From: a virus
Length of the DNA stretch: 64,000 bases
IMG/VR virus record: IMGVR_UViG_3300008113_000016
Span: 1 to 64,000 of that record
Direction: 5' to 3' (one strand)
Position 1 is the first letter of the stretch. Every line of letters begins with the position of its first letter. Shown piece by piece: positions 20,638-30,800 of the stretch. Position numbers and translations under genes: made by a program. Under the pieces are notes generated by a model. The model was not told the origin of the DNA, did not search any database, and worked only from the letters and a program-made list of their open reading frames with translations.

Positions 20638-21188
20638 TGCCAATTCAAAAGAAATATGCTAGACCCTCAATAGTTGCTTTTACAGAAACAATACCTAATT
20701 CAACAGATGTTGCAAATGGAAGTTTAAATTTTGTTTACCTGACAGACGAAGGTAGATCTCCTTTGGAAATTACATATAACCGTTTAGAGACAAAGAAAAG
20801 AATGATTAATGGTCGAATGAGATCTAGATACATTGCTGATAAAAGAACATTTAGTTTAACATGGACCAACCTTCCCTCAAGATCAAAGAATGGAACAGGT
20901 ACTGAGTTTTATATTACTGAAGCAAAGACTAACAATCAATTTGTTGCTGGAGAAGGAATGCTTAACTGGTACGAAGATCATGGCGGTCAGTTCTATATGC
21001 TATTGTCTTATGACAAATTATACAATTTTGAAACCACAACAAATACTTTAGATGCAACATCTTATAGTCACTTGCAACAAATTAACGAGATAGTTCCAGT
21101 ATACTTTTCTGGATTTAATTTTAGTGTTGAAAAAAGAGGACCTAAGCATGATCTCTGGTCACTAACAATGACCCTTGAGGAGGCTTAA
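20637..21188 (+). CDS. minor tail protein (distal-tail-like)
   Basis: follows TMP; RMING.MR..YIADKR.F.LTW..LP, V.KRG...DLW...MTLEE. Confidence 0.7.
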   Translation: MPIQKKYARPSIVAFTETIPNSTDVANGSLNFVYLTDEGRSPLEITYNRLETKKRMINGRMRSRYIADKRTFSLTWTNLPSRSKNGTGTEFYITEAKTNNQFVAGEGMLNWYEDHGGQFYMLLSYDKLYNFETTTNTLDATSYSHLQQINEIVPVYFSGFNFSVEKRGPKHDLWSLTMTLEEA

Positions 21189-24100
21189 TGCTAGGATCCG
21201 CTACCCTTAAATCATCCTTTGCTAAAGACCCATCAGTTGATGCGTCTTATTTTGTCTTATCTGAAATTAATATTAATCAGTATGCTACGATTGCAAAGTA
21301 TGGGGTATACACGGATACTGTAACTACCACATATCAAGATGTTACAAAGTTTAGAACAGACGTTCCAAAGATATTTTATAACGGTGGATCAGTAACGCTT
21401 GAAGAAGAAGACACTCAAAGATCTAAGTTATATAGTTTAAAGGATTGTTTTAAACCAAGAAGACCAAGATCTGGCTTTGCACACCTAATGTATTATTCAG
21501 ACCTTCCATCTTTTCCAATTAGATTTTCTAAGACAGACATTGAGAAGGGGTACGTCAGATATTATCCTTCTAGAGAAGACGCTAGGTTTAAGTACTGGAG
21601 TTCTGCAACCTCAGAAACAAATACAACGACAGCCATCACCAAGGGCATCTCCTCAAGAACTGCAGCGTCTGGAGCATACCCTATAACAGAAGCAAACCCA
21701 TTTGTTGTTTATGACAAAGGATACTGGTGCAACAAGATTGTAATTAAATTACAAAACTTAGAGGCAGTCCCAAAAACTTGGAGGGTTCAGTATTTAGCAG
21801 AAAATAATTCTTGGACAACTATTGCTACAAACCCAACCATTACATCTTATGCTGGTGGTGCTACTGTTCCAAACAATACATTAGAGTTATTTTGGAATGG
21901 TACTGCTTGGGTAACATCAGTTAACTATAATACGATTGTAGAAGAATTAACTTCTACTGGGGTATATTCTACTACTAGGGCTGTCAAGGTAAAAGGCATT
22001 AGATTATTAGTAGAGTCTTTAGACAGACCAAACCGTGCTTTTGAATTGTTTGAAATGTCTGCCAGACTTTTAGTAAATGTAACAGACTACGTTATAGACT
22101 TCAATGTTGATAAGTCAATTGCGGAATCTAGTGCAGGATTACCAGTAGCAAACATTATTACTGCTTATGGAAGCATGGTCCTAGACAACTCTGACCTAGC
22201 ATTTAACAATGTAAACACATCTTCAATATTATATGGATTAATTAAGCCACAGATTAGGTTTGATATTTTTGAAAAGGCTACAGTTGGATCAACATCAGAG
22301 TATATCCCTATTAAAACTGTGTATGCAGAATCCTTTGCAGAAGATAATAACTTTAATTTAAGTATGACTCTTAAAGACCACATGCTATTTTTACAGACTG
22401 AGATATCTCCAAATGTTTTTGTAGCAAGTGAGTTATCTAATAGTTCGGGTACTAAAATGTCTATTCTTGTTAAGATACTTTTAGACAATATTGGTTTTAC
22501 AAACTTTAGGCTAGAGACTTCAAACAACGCAGATCCAAATGTTTTAAACCAAGAAGATACACCCATTCCATTCTTTTACTCTAACGACAAAGAAACTGTA
22601 ATGGAGACTCTAAACAGAATCAGTGCTGCAACTCAATGCGTATTCTTTTTTGATGAACTAAACGATCTAGTGCTAATGACAAAAGAAAGAATTATGTCAA
22701 AGTCTAGGGCTGTGGACGCTTATTTAATTGGAGAAGAGTTTACTGGTACTGCTCAGAAAGGAAAAGCCTATGCACCTGGATCAGAGTATTGGAAGATTGA
22801 CAATCAGCCACAATCCACTGATCCAAGATTTGGCTTACTGTCAAACATAGAATCATTTAATATTATTAATAACGAGCCAGTAAATGGTGGGACAATTTCA
22901 TATAAGCCTCAGTACTTCTTAAAGAAGCCAATGACAGATAGTTTTCCAGTAAGCAGTATGCAGGGTGGTTTGATAAAGGCTTTCACTGACAACCTTGTTT
23001 ATAACAGCGCACCATTATGGGAGCCAGAAGAAGAGCCACTATCAAGACCAGGAATTTTACAGGGTTCAGAAAGTTCTGGTGCAGCAGCAGTAACGTTATC
23101 TTCAGCAACTCTTATAGAAGACTTATCTGCCTCAAGACCAATAGATATTTTAAGAAATGAAAACCTTTTAGAAGCATCATTTAAAACATCAGACGACGTT
23201 GTAAGATTTTTGGCAATTAATCCCAATAAACTAATGACTATTAAGTTAGACCCAATTGAGTCTTTAACCTTTGGAAGATATGAAAACTATTTAAAGTTAG
23301 ATGAAGAATATGTTAAGTTTAGAGGAAAAATTTTTGAGGTGTCGTCTAGAGATAGTTCTAACAATATTGTTTTTACAGAGAGGGTAATATTTACTCCGTC
23401 GGAATATGAAGATATTGCTGCATCTACACCAGTTGGTGGAGGAATTAGACCAACTGGCAAGTTTGTTATTGATGTAAAGTTTGAGGTTGAAAATGGAAAG
23501 TGGGTATGTAAAACAGACGGAAGAGGTCAGTTCCAAACAGCAATAACCAATCACCAAAGCCTAATCAACCCATCATTAATGACTGATCAAGATTACAAGA
23601 GCGGTCAAAAGACTTATTTGCCAGAAGGATGGAAGGCTGACTCAGTTGTTTTAGAAAATAACTATAAGACAACAAGTGGAAAGATTGCCTCAAAAGATCC
23701 TATGGTTTATACAAACATAGTAAATGAATTTAGGGACGTTGTTAATCAGAACAATATTGAGATTGTTGGTCAGGATGTTAATTACACAGACTATACAGAT
23801 TTAGCAGCAGATGCAATTGAAGATGCTGGATTAGATGTAGATAATATCCCTCTATCTAATGGAACTACAAAGAAAAAGAAATATCAACCAGATCAAGTTA
23901 ACATTGGCATGATTTATAAAAACTTTAATAGAGTATTTGACAGATATAGCACAAGATTGCGTTTGGTTAAATCTAACCGTGGAAATGGTGGCTATGCATC
24001 ATCTAGAATTGCTGGAATGGCATTTGGTCTAAGATCAGATACGGCAACAAACCAATTCTCTGGATACTATGTTGAAATAGAAACAGCAGACTCATTTGAC

Positions 24101-25201
24101 CCTACAGATTCAGAGTCGCTACAAAATAATTTAAGACTATATAGATTGTCATATTCAAATAACAAATATTACAATGTTAAACTTATTGGTTCTAGAACGG
24201 TTGCAGCCTATCACTCAGTAGACAGATTTAAAGACTATGGAAGATATCTTCCAGACGGTCAGCCTAACACAGTATACGATCTTGAGATATCTCACAAATA
24301 TATTGTTGGTGAAGGTTTACAATTTAACATCTTTTTTAATGGATTAAATGTTCTCACAGTATTTGATGAAAGCCCAATAGAACTACAGACTGGGGTAGCC
24401 TTATTTGTTAGAGGTCAATCAGATGCCGTATTTGAATTCTTTAGAGGAGCAGCAGTAGAAAAAACATTAACAAACAATCCTCTGCACGATGAAGATTTTA
24501 TTGAAAAAGCAAGAGGTATTGGATACACTGCAGCGTGGCACTCACTAGCCAAGTATACAATTGGCAACCCTATATTTGTAAACGAAGAGTTTGGCAAGAT
24601 TGCAAGAGAAGCAAGATTCTTTGACATTAGATATAAAACCTATCCAGCAATGAGACCTAGAGTTTTTGATATTAGCGAAATTAATCCAGAGTATTCTATT
24701 ACAAAACAAGAGTTTACTGGTTTTGGTGCAAAGTTTTTGGTTACTAACGTTGGTCGTGGTGACATAGTGTTTGGTGGAAGACAAGCCCCCTATCCACTAT
24801 TTATTTTTGGTATACCTTTGTATGCTGGAGGAGAAAGACAGATCACTGTTGACTCATATCTAAAAGAAACATCCTTAGATGCTAAGTATAAAACAAATGT
24901 TGAAAACAGCAAAAGAGTTTATGGAGAAAAGCAATTTAACATAGGATCAGAATTTATTCAAAAAGAATCAAATGCTCGTAATCTAATGAAGTGGGTAGTT
25001 GAGAATGCTGCAGTTCCAACAGACACAATTAATGCAGAGGTTTTTCCTAATCCGCTTTATCAACTTGGTGATATAGTTAAGGTATACTATCCATCACAAA
25101 AGGTTGACGATACAAAGAGGTTTGTTATCACTAGAATTGAATATGGTGCAAGTAGTGATGGTCCATCAATGAACATAACAGCAAAGGAGGTTCCAGCCTA
25201 A
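21188..25201 (+). CDS. large minor tail/baseplate hub protein
   Basis: 1337 aa; Q..FFFDELN.LV, EEFG.IARE, NP.YQLGDIV C-terminal hub motif. Confidence 0.75.
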   Translation: MLGSATLKSSFAKDPSVDASYFVLSEININQYATIAKYGVYTDTVTTTYQDVTKFRTDVPKIFYNGGSVTLEEEDTQRSKLYSLKDCFKPRRPRSGFAHLMYYSDLPSFPIRFSKTDIEKGYVRYYPSREDARFKYWSSATSETNTTTAITKGISSRTAASGAYPITEANPFVVYDKGYWCNKIVIKLQNLEAVPKTWRVQYLAENNSWTTIATNPTITSYAGGATVPNNTLELFWNGTAWVTSVNYNTIVEELTSTGVYSTTRAVKVKGIRLLVESLDRPNRAFELFEMSARLLVNVTDYVIDFNVDKSIAESSAGLPVANIITAYGSMVLDNSDLAFNNVNTSSILYGLIKPQIRFDIFEKATVGSTSEYIPIKTVYAESFAEDNNFNLSMTLKDHMLFLQTEISPNVFVASELSNSSGTKMSILVKILLDNIGFTNFRLETSNNADPNVLNQEDTPIPFFYSNDKETVMETLNRISAATQCVFFFDELNDLVLMTKERIMSKSRAVDAYLIGEEFTGTAQKGKAYAPGSEYWKIDNQPQSTDPRFGLLSNIESFNIINNEPVNGGTISYKPQYFLKKPMTDSFPVSSMQGGLIKAFTDNLVYNSAPLWEPEEEPLSRPGILQGSESSGAAAVTLSSATLIEDLSASRPIDILRNENLLEASFKTSDDVVRFLAINPNKLMTIKLDPIESLTFGRYENYLKLDEEYVKFRGKIFEVSSRDSSNNIVFTERVIFTPSEYEDIAASTPVGGGIRPTGKFVIDVKFEVENGKWVCKTDGRGQFQTAITNHQSLINPSLMTDQDYKSGQKTYLPEGWKADSVVLENNYKTTSGKIASKDPMVYTNIVNEFRDVVNQNNIEIVGQDVNYTDYTDLAADAIEDAGLDVDNIPLSNGTTKKKKYQPDQVNIGMIYKNFNRVFDRYSTRLRLVKSNRGNGGYASSRIAGMAFGLRSDTATNQFSGYYVEIETADSFDPTDSESLQNNLRLYRLSYSNNKYYNVKLIGSRTVAAYHSVDRFKDYGRYLPDGQPNTVYDLEISHKYIVGEGLQFNIFFNGLNVLTVFDESPIELQTGVALFVRGQSDAVFEFFRGAAVEKTLTNNPLHDEDFIEKARGIGYTAAWHSLAKYTIGNPIFVNEEFGKIAREARFFDIRYKTYPAMRPRVFDISEINPEYSITKQEFTGFGAKFLVTNVGRGDIVFGGRQAPYPLFIFGIPLYAGGERQITVDSYLKETSLDAKYKTNVENSKRVYGEKQFNIGSEFIQKESNARNLMKWVVENAAVPTDTINAEVFPNPLYQLGDIVKVYYPSQKVDDTKRFVITRIEYGASSDGPSMNITAKEVPA

Positions 25202-26952
25202 TGCCTGGTTTTTTAGATAAAATTAAGAGTGCTGCAAGCAAAGCAGTTACCGCAGTTAAGAGCGCAGCAACAAGTGCTGTAAAGGCAGTAATCTCTCCAA
25301 TCACATCTTTTCAGTCTGGAATGACAGTTGCAGCAGCACCTGCACAACTTAAAGCACCAGTTGCTCAAACACTACAGTCTTCTAAAGCAGCAGAGAAAAA
25401 AGCGGAAGAAACTGCAAAGACTGCTGTTTCAAAAAAGGGAGTAGACGTTGCTGTAAACCTTGCAAAAGAAATATCTGGAGTTGCTGGAGTAGGTAGAATT
25501 GTTGAGGCTGTTAAGACAACATCCCTTGACCCATTTAGAACTCAAACTGGATTTGGAACTGCAGGAAACTTAGCAATAGATGTTTTAGGTGCAATACCAT
25601 TAATTGGTGCAGCAGCAAAGACTGCAAAAATTGCAGCAGTTGGTACTGCTGCAACAGCAGGAACAGCACTAGAAAGTGTTGCAAAGATTCCAGGTGCACA
25701 GAGCGCAATTAGTAAGGGAATGCTAACTGCTGCTTTATTAAATCCAGCAGCAGATGTTGCAACAGCAGTCAAAGCACCAACATCTATTTCAAGGGTTGTA
25801 GACGGAACTGGATTAACAAATGCTGGAGAAAGAATAACAGATGCTGTTAGTGCTGCAGATAAAATTGCAGATGCTGCAAAGTCAAGTGCTGCAAGTAAAG
25901 CAACTAAGATAGCAGATGATGCAGAAGAAATTGGATCAGTTGGTAGAGTTGCAAAAACTCCAGTATTCAATCCTTCTTTGGCTTTAGATTCTTTTAAAAG
26001 CGAATCTAATCAAGCATCACAAGATGCAAAGTCTGCACAAGATCAAGCATCAAAAGAGGCACAAGAAAATGCTAACAAGGCAGCAGACAAAGCAGTAGAT
26101 GAAGTTAAGAGTGCTTCTGAAGATTCCAATAAAGTAGTTGCTGGAGATGAAAACTCATTATTTAATGAAGTTAATAAGGTTCAAGATGAAATAAAGAACG
26201 AAGTAGCAAAAACAGATGAAACTAACAAGGTAAATCCAACTAAGGATCCAGAGATAAGCAAAACTACCCTAGATCCAAACACTACTTTGAAACCAGTTGT
26301 AAAGCCAACTCCAGCCCCAGACCCTGACCCAACCCCTAAACCAGTTGTAGAAACCACTCTTTTTGTTCCACCTAAATACACTACAACAAATGAGCCAGAG
26401 ACTACAACAACACTTAGTCCAGAAACTACTATTTTTATTCCACCGACAACTCCTGAGCCAACTAAGTTTAAAATACTAAACCCCATTCCTGAACCACCAG
26501 TAATTGAGGCAGCCAGTTTTCCAGACGATGTTGTTAGAATGCCTAGCCTACAACAAAGAACTGCAGGTGCCTACGAGAAACTGTCCCTTGGTTTAGACAA
26601 CGATTTCCTCATAGACTCATTTGACTTTAACTCAGTAGACTTAGCCCCAACAGGTCAGAATGTAGTAAATGCTAATAGTATTGATATAATTGATGATATT
26701 GCAATGCAGTCAATTGTGTCAAAGCAGTTGCCAGATGAGGCTATTAGTGATAAAATTGTTAAAGCACCTGATTATTCTAATTCGGACTTCGGATCATTTT
26801 TGACCTTCAAACTTCAAAATGGTAAAACCGTTGCATCGAATGCTGCTGGACAGCAAACAGCAACCTCTGGATTGCCGTTCTATTCAGTAGTTCTTAATAT
26901 TCCAGAAACAGAGGGTGTAGTAAAATATGAAGTCCAGATTACGGAGGGATGA
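25201..26952 (+). CDS. tail-cluster protein with Ala-rich amphipathic N-half and Pro/Thr linker
   Basis: 583 aa, translationally coupled between tail genes. Confidence 0.7.
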   Translation: MPGFLDKIKSAASKAVTAVKSAATSAVKAVISPITSFQSGMTVAAAPAQLKAPVAQTLQSSKAAEKKAEETAKTAVSKKGVDVAVNLAKEISGVAGVGRIVEAVKTTSLDPFRTQTGFGTAGNLAIDVLGAIPLIGAAAKTAKIAAVGTAATAGTALESVAKIPGAQSAISKGMLTAALLNPAADVATAVKAPTSISRVVDGTGLTNAGERITDAVSAADKIADAAKSSAASKATKIADDAEEIGSVGRVAKTPVFNPSLALDSFKSESNQASQDAKSAQDQASKEAQENANKAADKAVDEVKSASEDSNKVVAGDENSLFNEVNKVQDEIKNEVAKTDETNKVNPTKDPEISKTTLDPNTTLKPVVKPTPAPDPDPTPKPVVETTLFVPPKYTTTNEPETTTTLSPETTIFIPPTTPEPTKFKILNPIPEPPVIEAASFPDDVVRMPSLQQRTAGAYEKLSLGLDNDFLIDSFDFNSVDLAPTGQNVVNANSIDIIDDIAMQSIVSKQLPDEAISDKIVKAPDYSNSDFGSFLTFKLQNGKTVASNAAGQQTATSGLPFYSVVLNIPETEGVVKYEVQITEG

Positions 26953-27827
26953 TGAAAGGCAAGTATAAAATTTACCTTGACGGCAAATTAGTTGCAGAGC
27001 AAGAAAACATCATTACTAATCGTGGCAAGAGCATGATCCTTAGACATATTGCTGGAACAGGTTCTCAGTTTGCTGGACAGATTGCAGTTGGAATTGGTGG
27101 AATTGCAGCCACTGCAAATGATGACACACTAGATTTTGAAATATTAAGACTTCCTATCAAGTCCTCTTCTTTAGACTCAGACTATCAGATTGTATACAAG
27201 GCTACTCTAGAAACAGAAGAAGAGTATCAGATTAAAGAGATAGGAATTTATCCAGCAGAACTATTTAGACAAAGAAAGAATATATATAGTCAGTTATTGT
27301 TTGATATGGATGTTACAGAAACTTGGCTTAAGCCTAATGGAGACAGTGCTGTGGTGGCAAAATCTAGTACCTATCCAAACGTCAGAGTGGGTTCTACGGC
27401 TGTTTCAGTCGCATCTGGTTCAACTGCATCAGCAGAAACAGTTTTAGATTTATCAGGATATTTAGACACAGATAGATTTAAGATGGCTGTTCAGAGGGTA
27501 AGCACAAACTCAACAGTTACGCTAGAATTTTATTCTGGTCAAACCTCTAAAGCAACCTTTACTGGGGTGCTAGACTCAGACTATGAGATCTTATCTTTTG
27601 CAAAGGCAACTGCTTCGTATACTGGCACAGTAGACTGGTCAAACATAACAAAAATTGTTATCTCCTCTAATGGTGGAGATATTATCGTAGATGGCATAAG
27701 GGTAGATGTTACCTCTGAGGCAACACCCCAATTCTCTTTAGTTTCTAGATCCGTATTTAGCACCGTTCAGGAAAAACCAAAATCGGTTATAATGGATATC
27801 GAATACTACTTGGACATTGACTTCTAG
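26949..27827 (+). CDS. minor tail/baseplate protein
   Basis: NIITNRGK..I..., IAVG.G, L.FEI.R, EIGIYP, C-terminal IEYYL. Confidence 0.65.
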   Translation: MMKGKYKIYLDGKLVAEQENIITNRGKSMILRHIAGTGSQFAGQIAVGIGGIAATANDDTLDFEILRLPIKSSSLDSDYQIVYKATLETEEEYQIKEIGIYPAELFRQRKNIYSQLLFDMDVTETWLKPNGDSAVVAKSSTYPNVRVGSTAVSVASGSTASAETVLDLSGYLDTDRFKMAVQRVSTNSTVTLEFYSGQTSKATFTGVLDSDYEILSFAKATASYTGTVDWSNITKIVISSNGGDIIVDGIRVDVTSEATPQFSLVSRSVFSTVQEKPKSVIMDIEYYLDIDF

Positions 27828-27835
27828 GATAAATA

Positions 27836-30800
27836 ATGCAAATAAACATTCCTGACCTAATACCTGGAAAAACATATAAAGTTAGACTTAGAGGAGTCAC
27901 CACGGATGGTGGCGTGTCTGAGTGGTCAAGAGTTTATGAATTTGCAGTACCTTCTAATCTTCCAGTTGCTCAACCAATTAACCCTTCAAGTATTGTTATT
28001 ACCCCTCAGTCTGATAAATCATTTTTAATATCTTGGGACAAGGTTGAGAACACAGGAACTCTTGTATTTAGGAATGGAAGATTTGAGATAGAAGGTCTTT
28101 CTAATAAAGGTCTTATCAAAGATTATAGAATTGATATTGGCTGGATAGGAGTTGCACCAAAAGCAAACTACAACCCGTCAGATGCGTATTGGTCTAAAAC
28201 TGCTTTGGGTTCCTTGGCTTCACGAGGAACTACTGCTGACGACACAACATTAATTCCTTTATTCTCAACAACAACAGGAAATAATAAATTTGTATTTAAC
28301 TTAGATGATAACAGTGCTGCATTTTCTGGAGCCAAGGGCGCAATTGCTATTTTTATTAGAGCAAGAACTGTTAACAATCTAGTACTTCCTCAAGACTCAG
28401 TTTATATTGTAGACACAAACAATTTAGTATACTCTGGTGGATTTTCTGGTGGCAATGCTCTTTCAATGGCATCAAGTACATCTACAGCAAATTGGCAAGA
28501 AGGTGGTCTTCAGTTATCTTGGAACCCTGTTGCTAATGCATCATCATACAAGATAGATATAACATCTACTTCTGGATCAACAAAATCATATTATTCTGTA
28601 GACAGTAATTTCTTTTACACTACAGCACAAAATCTTTTAGACTGGGGTGGAGTATTTAATCATCAGGATACTATTAAGTACAGAATATATCCATCAGATA
28701 ACTTTGAGTATTATTCTGGAACATCTGGATCTTCAGTCATATTGAGTAAGTATGGCATTCCAACTCAAGAAAATACAACTGCATTGTCAAATTTTGCTGC
28801 TATTTCAACCAACCTTAGACCAGAGGTTGTTCAAACTTCTGGAAAGTTTGTTGTATATCTGCCACTATCAATTAAGTCTTCTTTACAAACGGGAGATACA
28901 GTTAACTATTATTGGACCCAAGGAACTGTTGAAACTATTAATGGACAAGTTCAATATAATCCAGCACCAGTAACTAGAAACCCAAATAACAAAATCTCTA
29001 CAAGCCTAACCGTTGTAGAAGTTCCATCAGGTGCCAACGCTTCTCTTCAGCATGCTAATTATAGGTTTTGGTTTGGAATTGTAAAAGCAGGGTCTCAAAC
29101 AGAACAGTTTTCTCAAGCATTTCCAGAAGACTCTGTTGTTGGAATTAAGCCTGGACCAATTGTCGATGTAGATTCAGGATATCAACTTATTGCAGAAAAT
29201 GTAAAGTCTGGATCGTATGTATCTAATACTTCTGGATGGCAAATCAATAAGTCTGGTAGTGCAGAGTTTAATAACCTTCTTGCTCGTGGAGTTATTGTAG
29301 CAAAGAGCGGATCATTTGTTGAGTCCCTTAAGGTTGGTAATGCTTTAGGAAATCAATCGATTACATTAGATGGATCAGACCCTCTTGTTGGAAAGATATT
29401 TATTGGAAACGGTCAATACTTTAACACAGGAACTGGATTCTATGTTGACGGAACAGGTAACTTTAGCCTTTCAGATAGACTTGGATATTCACAAGCATTT
29501 AACCTTTTGCAGGTTAATGGAGGAATTAGGCTTACATATCCTTCTGTAGTAGAAGATAACTTTGGTGTTACCTCTGGAACTCTCTATGTTGGTAGTTCTC
29601 CAGTAAGTGGTTCAAGAATTACTCTTACCTCTTCAGGATTAAGATCTTTTGATTCATCAAACAATATAACTTTTGGAATTACTCCAACAGGACCAAGTGG
29701 TTCTGTAGCAGGATGGTCAATTACAGACTTAGACTCTTCTGGAAAATACAATGTTCTTGCATCTACTGCTTCTAAATTTTTCTTAGACTCCAAGCACTCT
29801 AGAGCCGTATTTGGTAGTTTTGCAGGAAGTAATAGACTTCAGATTACTGCCAACTCAATATCTAATGCAAACTTTCCAAATGTTAAACTAGGATTGGATA
29901 CAGAAAGTATCTCAGCACAGATTTCATCTGTTGTTGGTATGACAATTAACTCAAACACTTTCTCATTAAATCACGGTTCAAGATCAGTAAAAATAGGAAA
30001 CACGGGAGTAGACATTGTTGGACCAGTTAAACTTAATCTAAACAATATTGAAAGAACCACTGCTGGATCTACACCATACGATATGGTTGTTATGGACACA
30101 AGAGATGGTCAACTATATAGAGTTCCTTCAGCAACATATAACGTAACCACAGCAGCACCAGTATTAAAGAACACAGTAACTACAACAGTTCCTAATGTGA
30201 TTGGTCTTACTTTAAATTCAGCCTTGTCAACCGTACAAACAGCAAACCTACAAACAAGAATATCGGATACAACTATTATTACTAGCAATGCCTTGCTAAA
30301 CGGAGTCATTGCAACACAAAGCCCAATGTCATACACGTCTGCTGACGTAGGATCAACAGTTTATCTTTCTATTTACGAATACTCATCTTCTGGTCTATCT
30401 TTGGTTCAGGTACCTAACTCATTAAGTGAAAACGATGTTGTTGCTAAAAATACAATTGAGGCAATAGGATTAACATATAGAGTTAGAAGTTCAATTAATA
30501 CTACTAACCCTGCACTATATAATAAGATTGCAGAACAAGATCCAATTCCAGGAACATATGTAAAACCTGGAACAACCGTTAACGTTGTTTTGTATCAGCC
30601 AGAGGGTGCTGCAACAGTTCCGAATGTAATTGGTTTAGGACAAACTCCAGCAACTACAGCACTTACTGCTTTAGGTTTTTCTGTAACGGTCAACAATATA
30701 ACAACTTTGCAGTCAACACTAAACAATTTAATTTACACACAGTCTGTTGCCCCTGGAACAAGTTTAAGAGTAGGTTCTACAGTTGTACTAAACAAACTTG

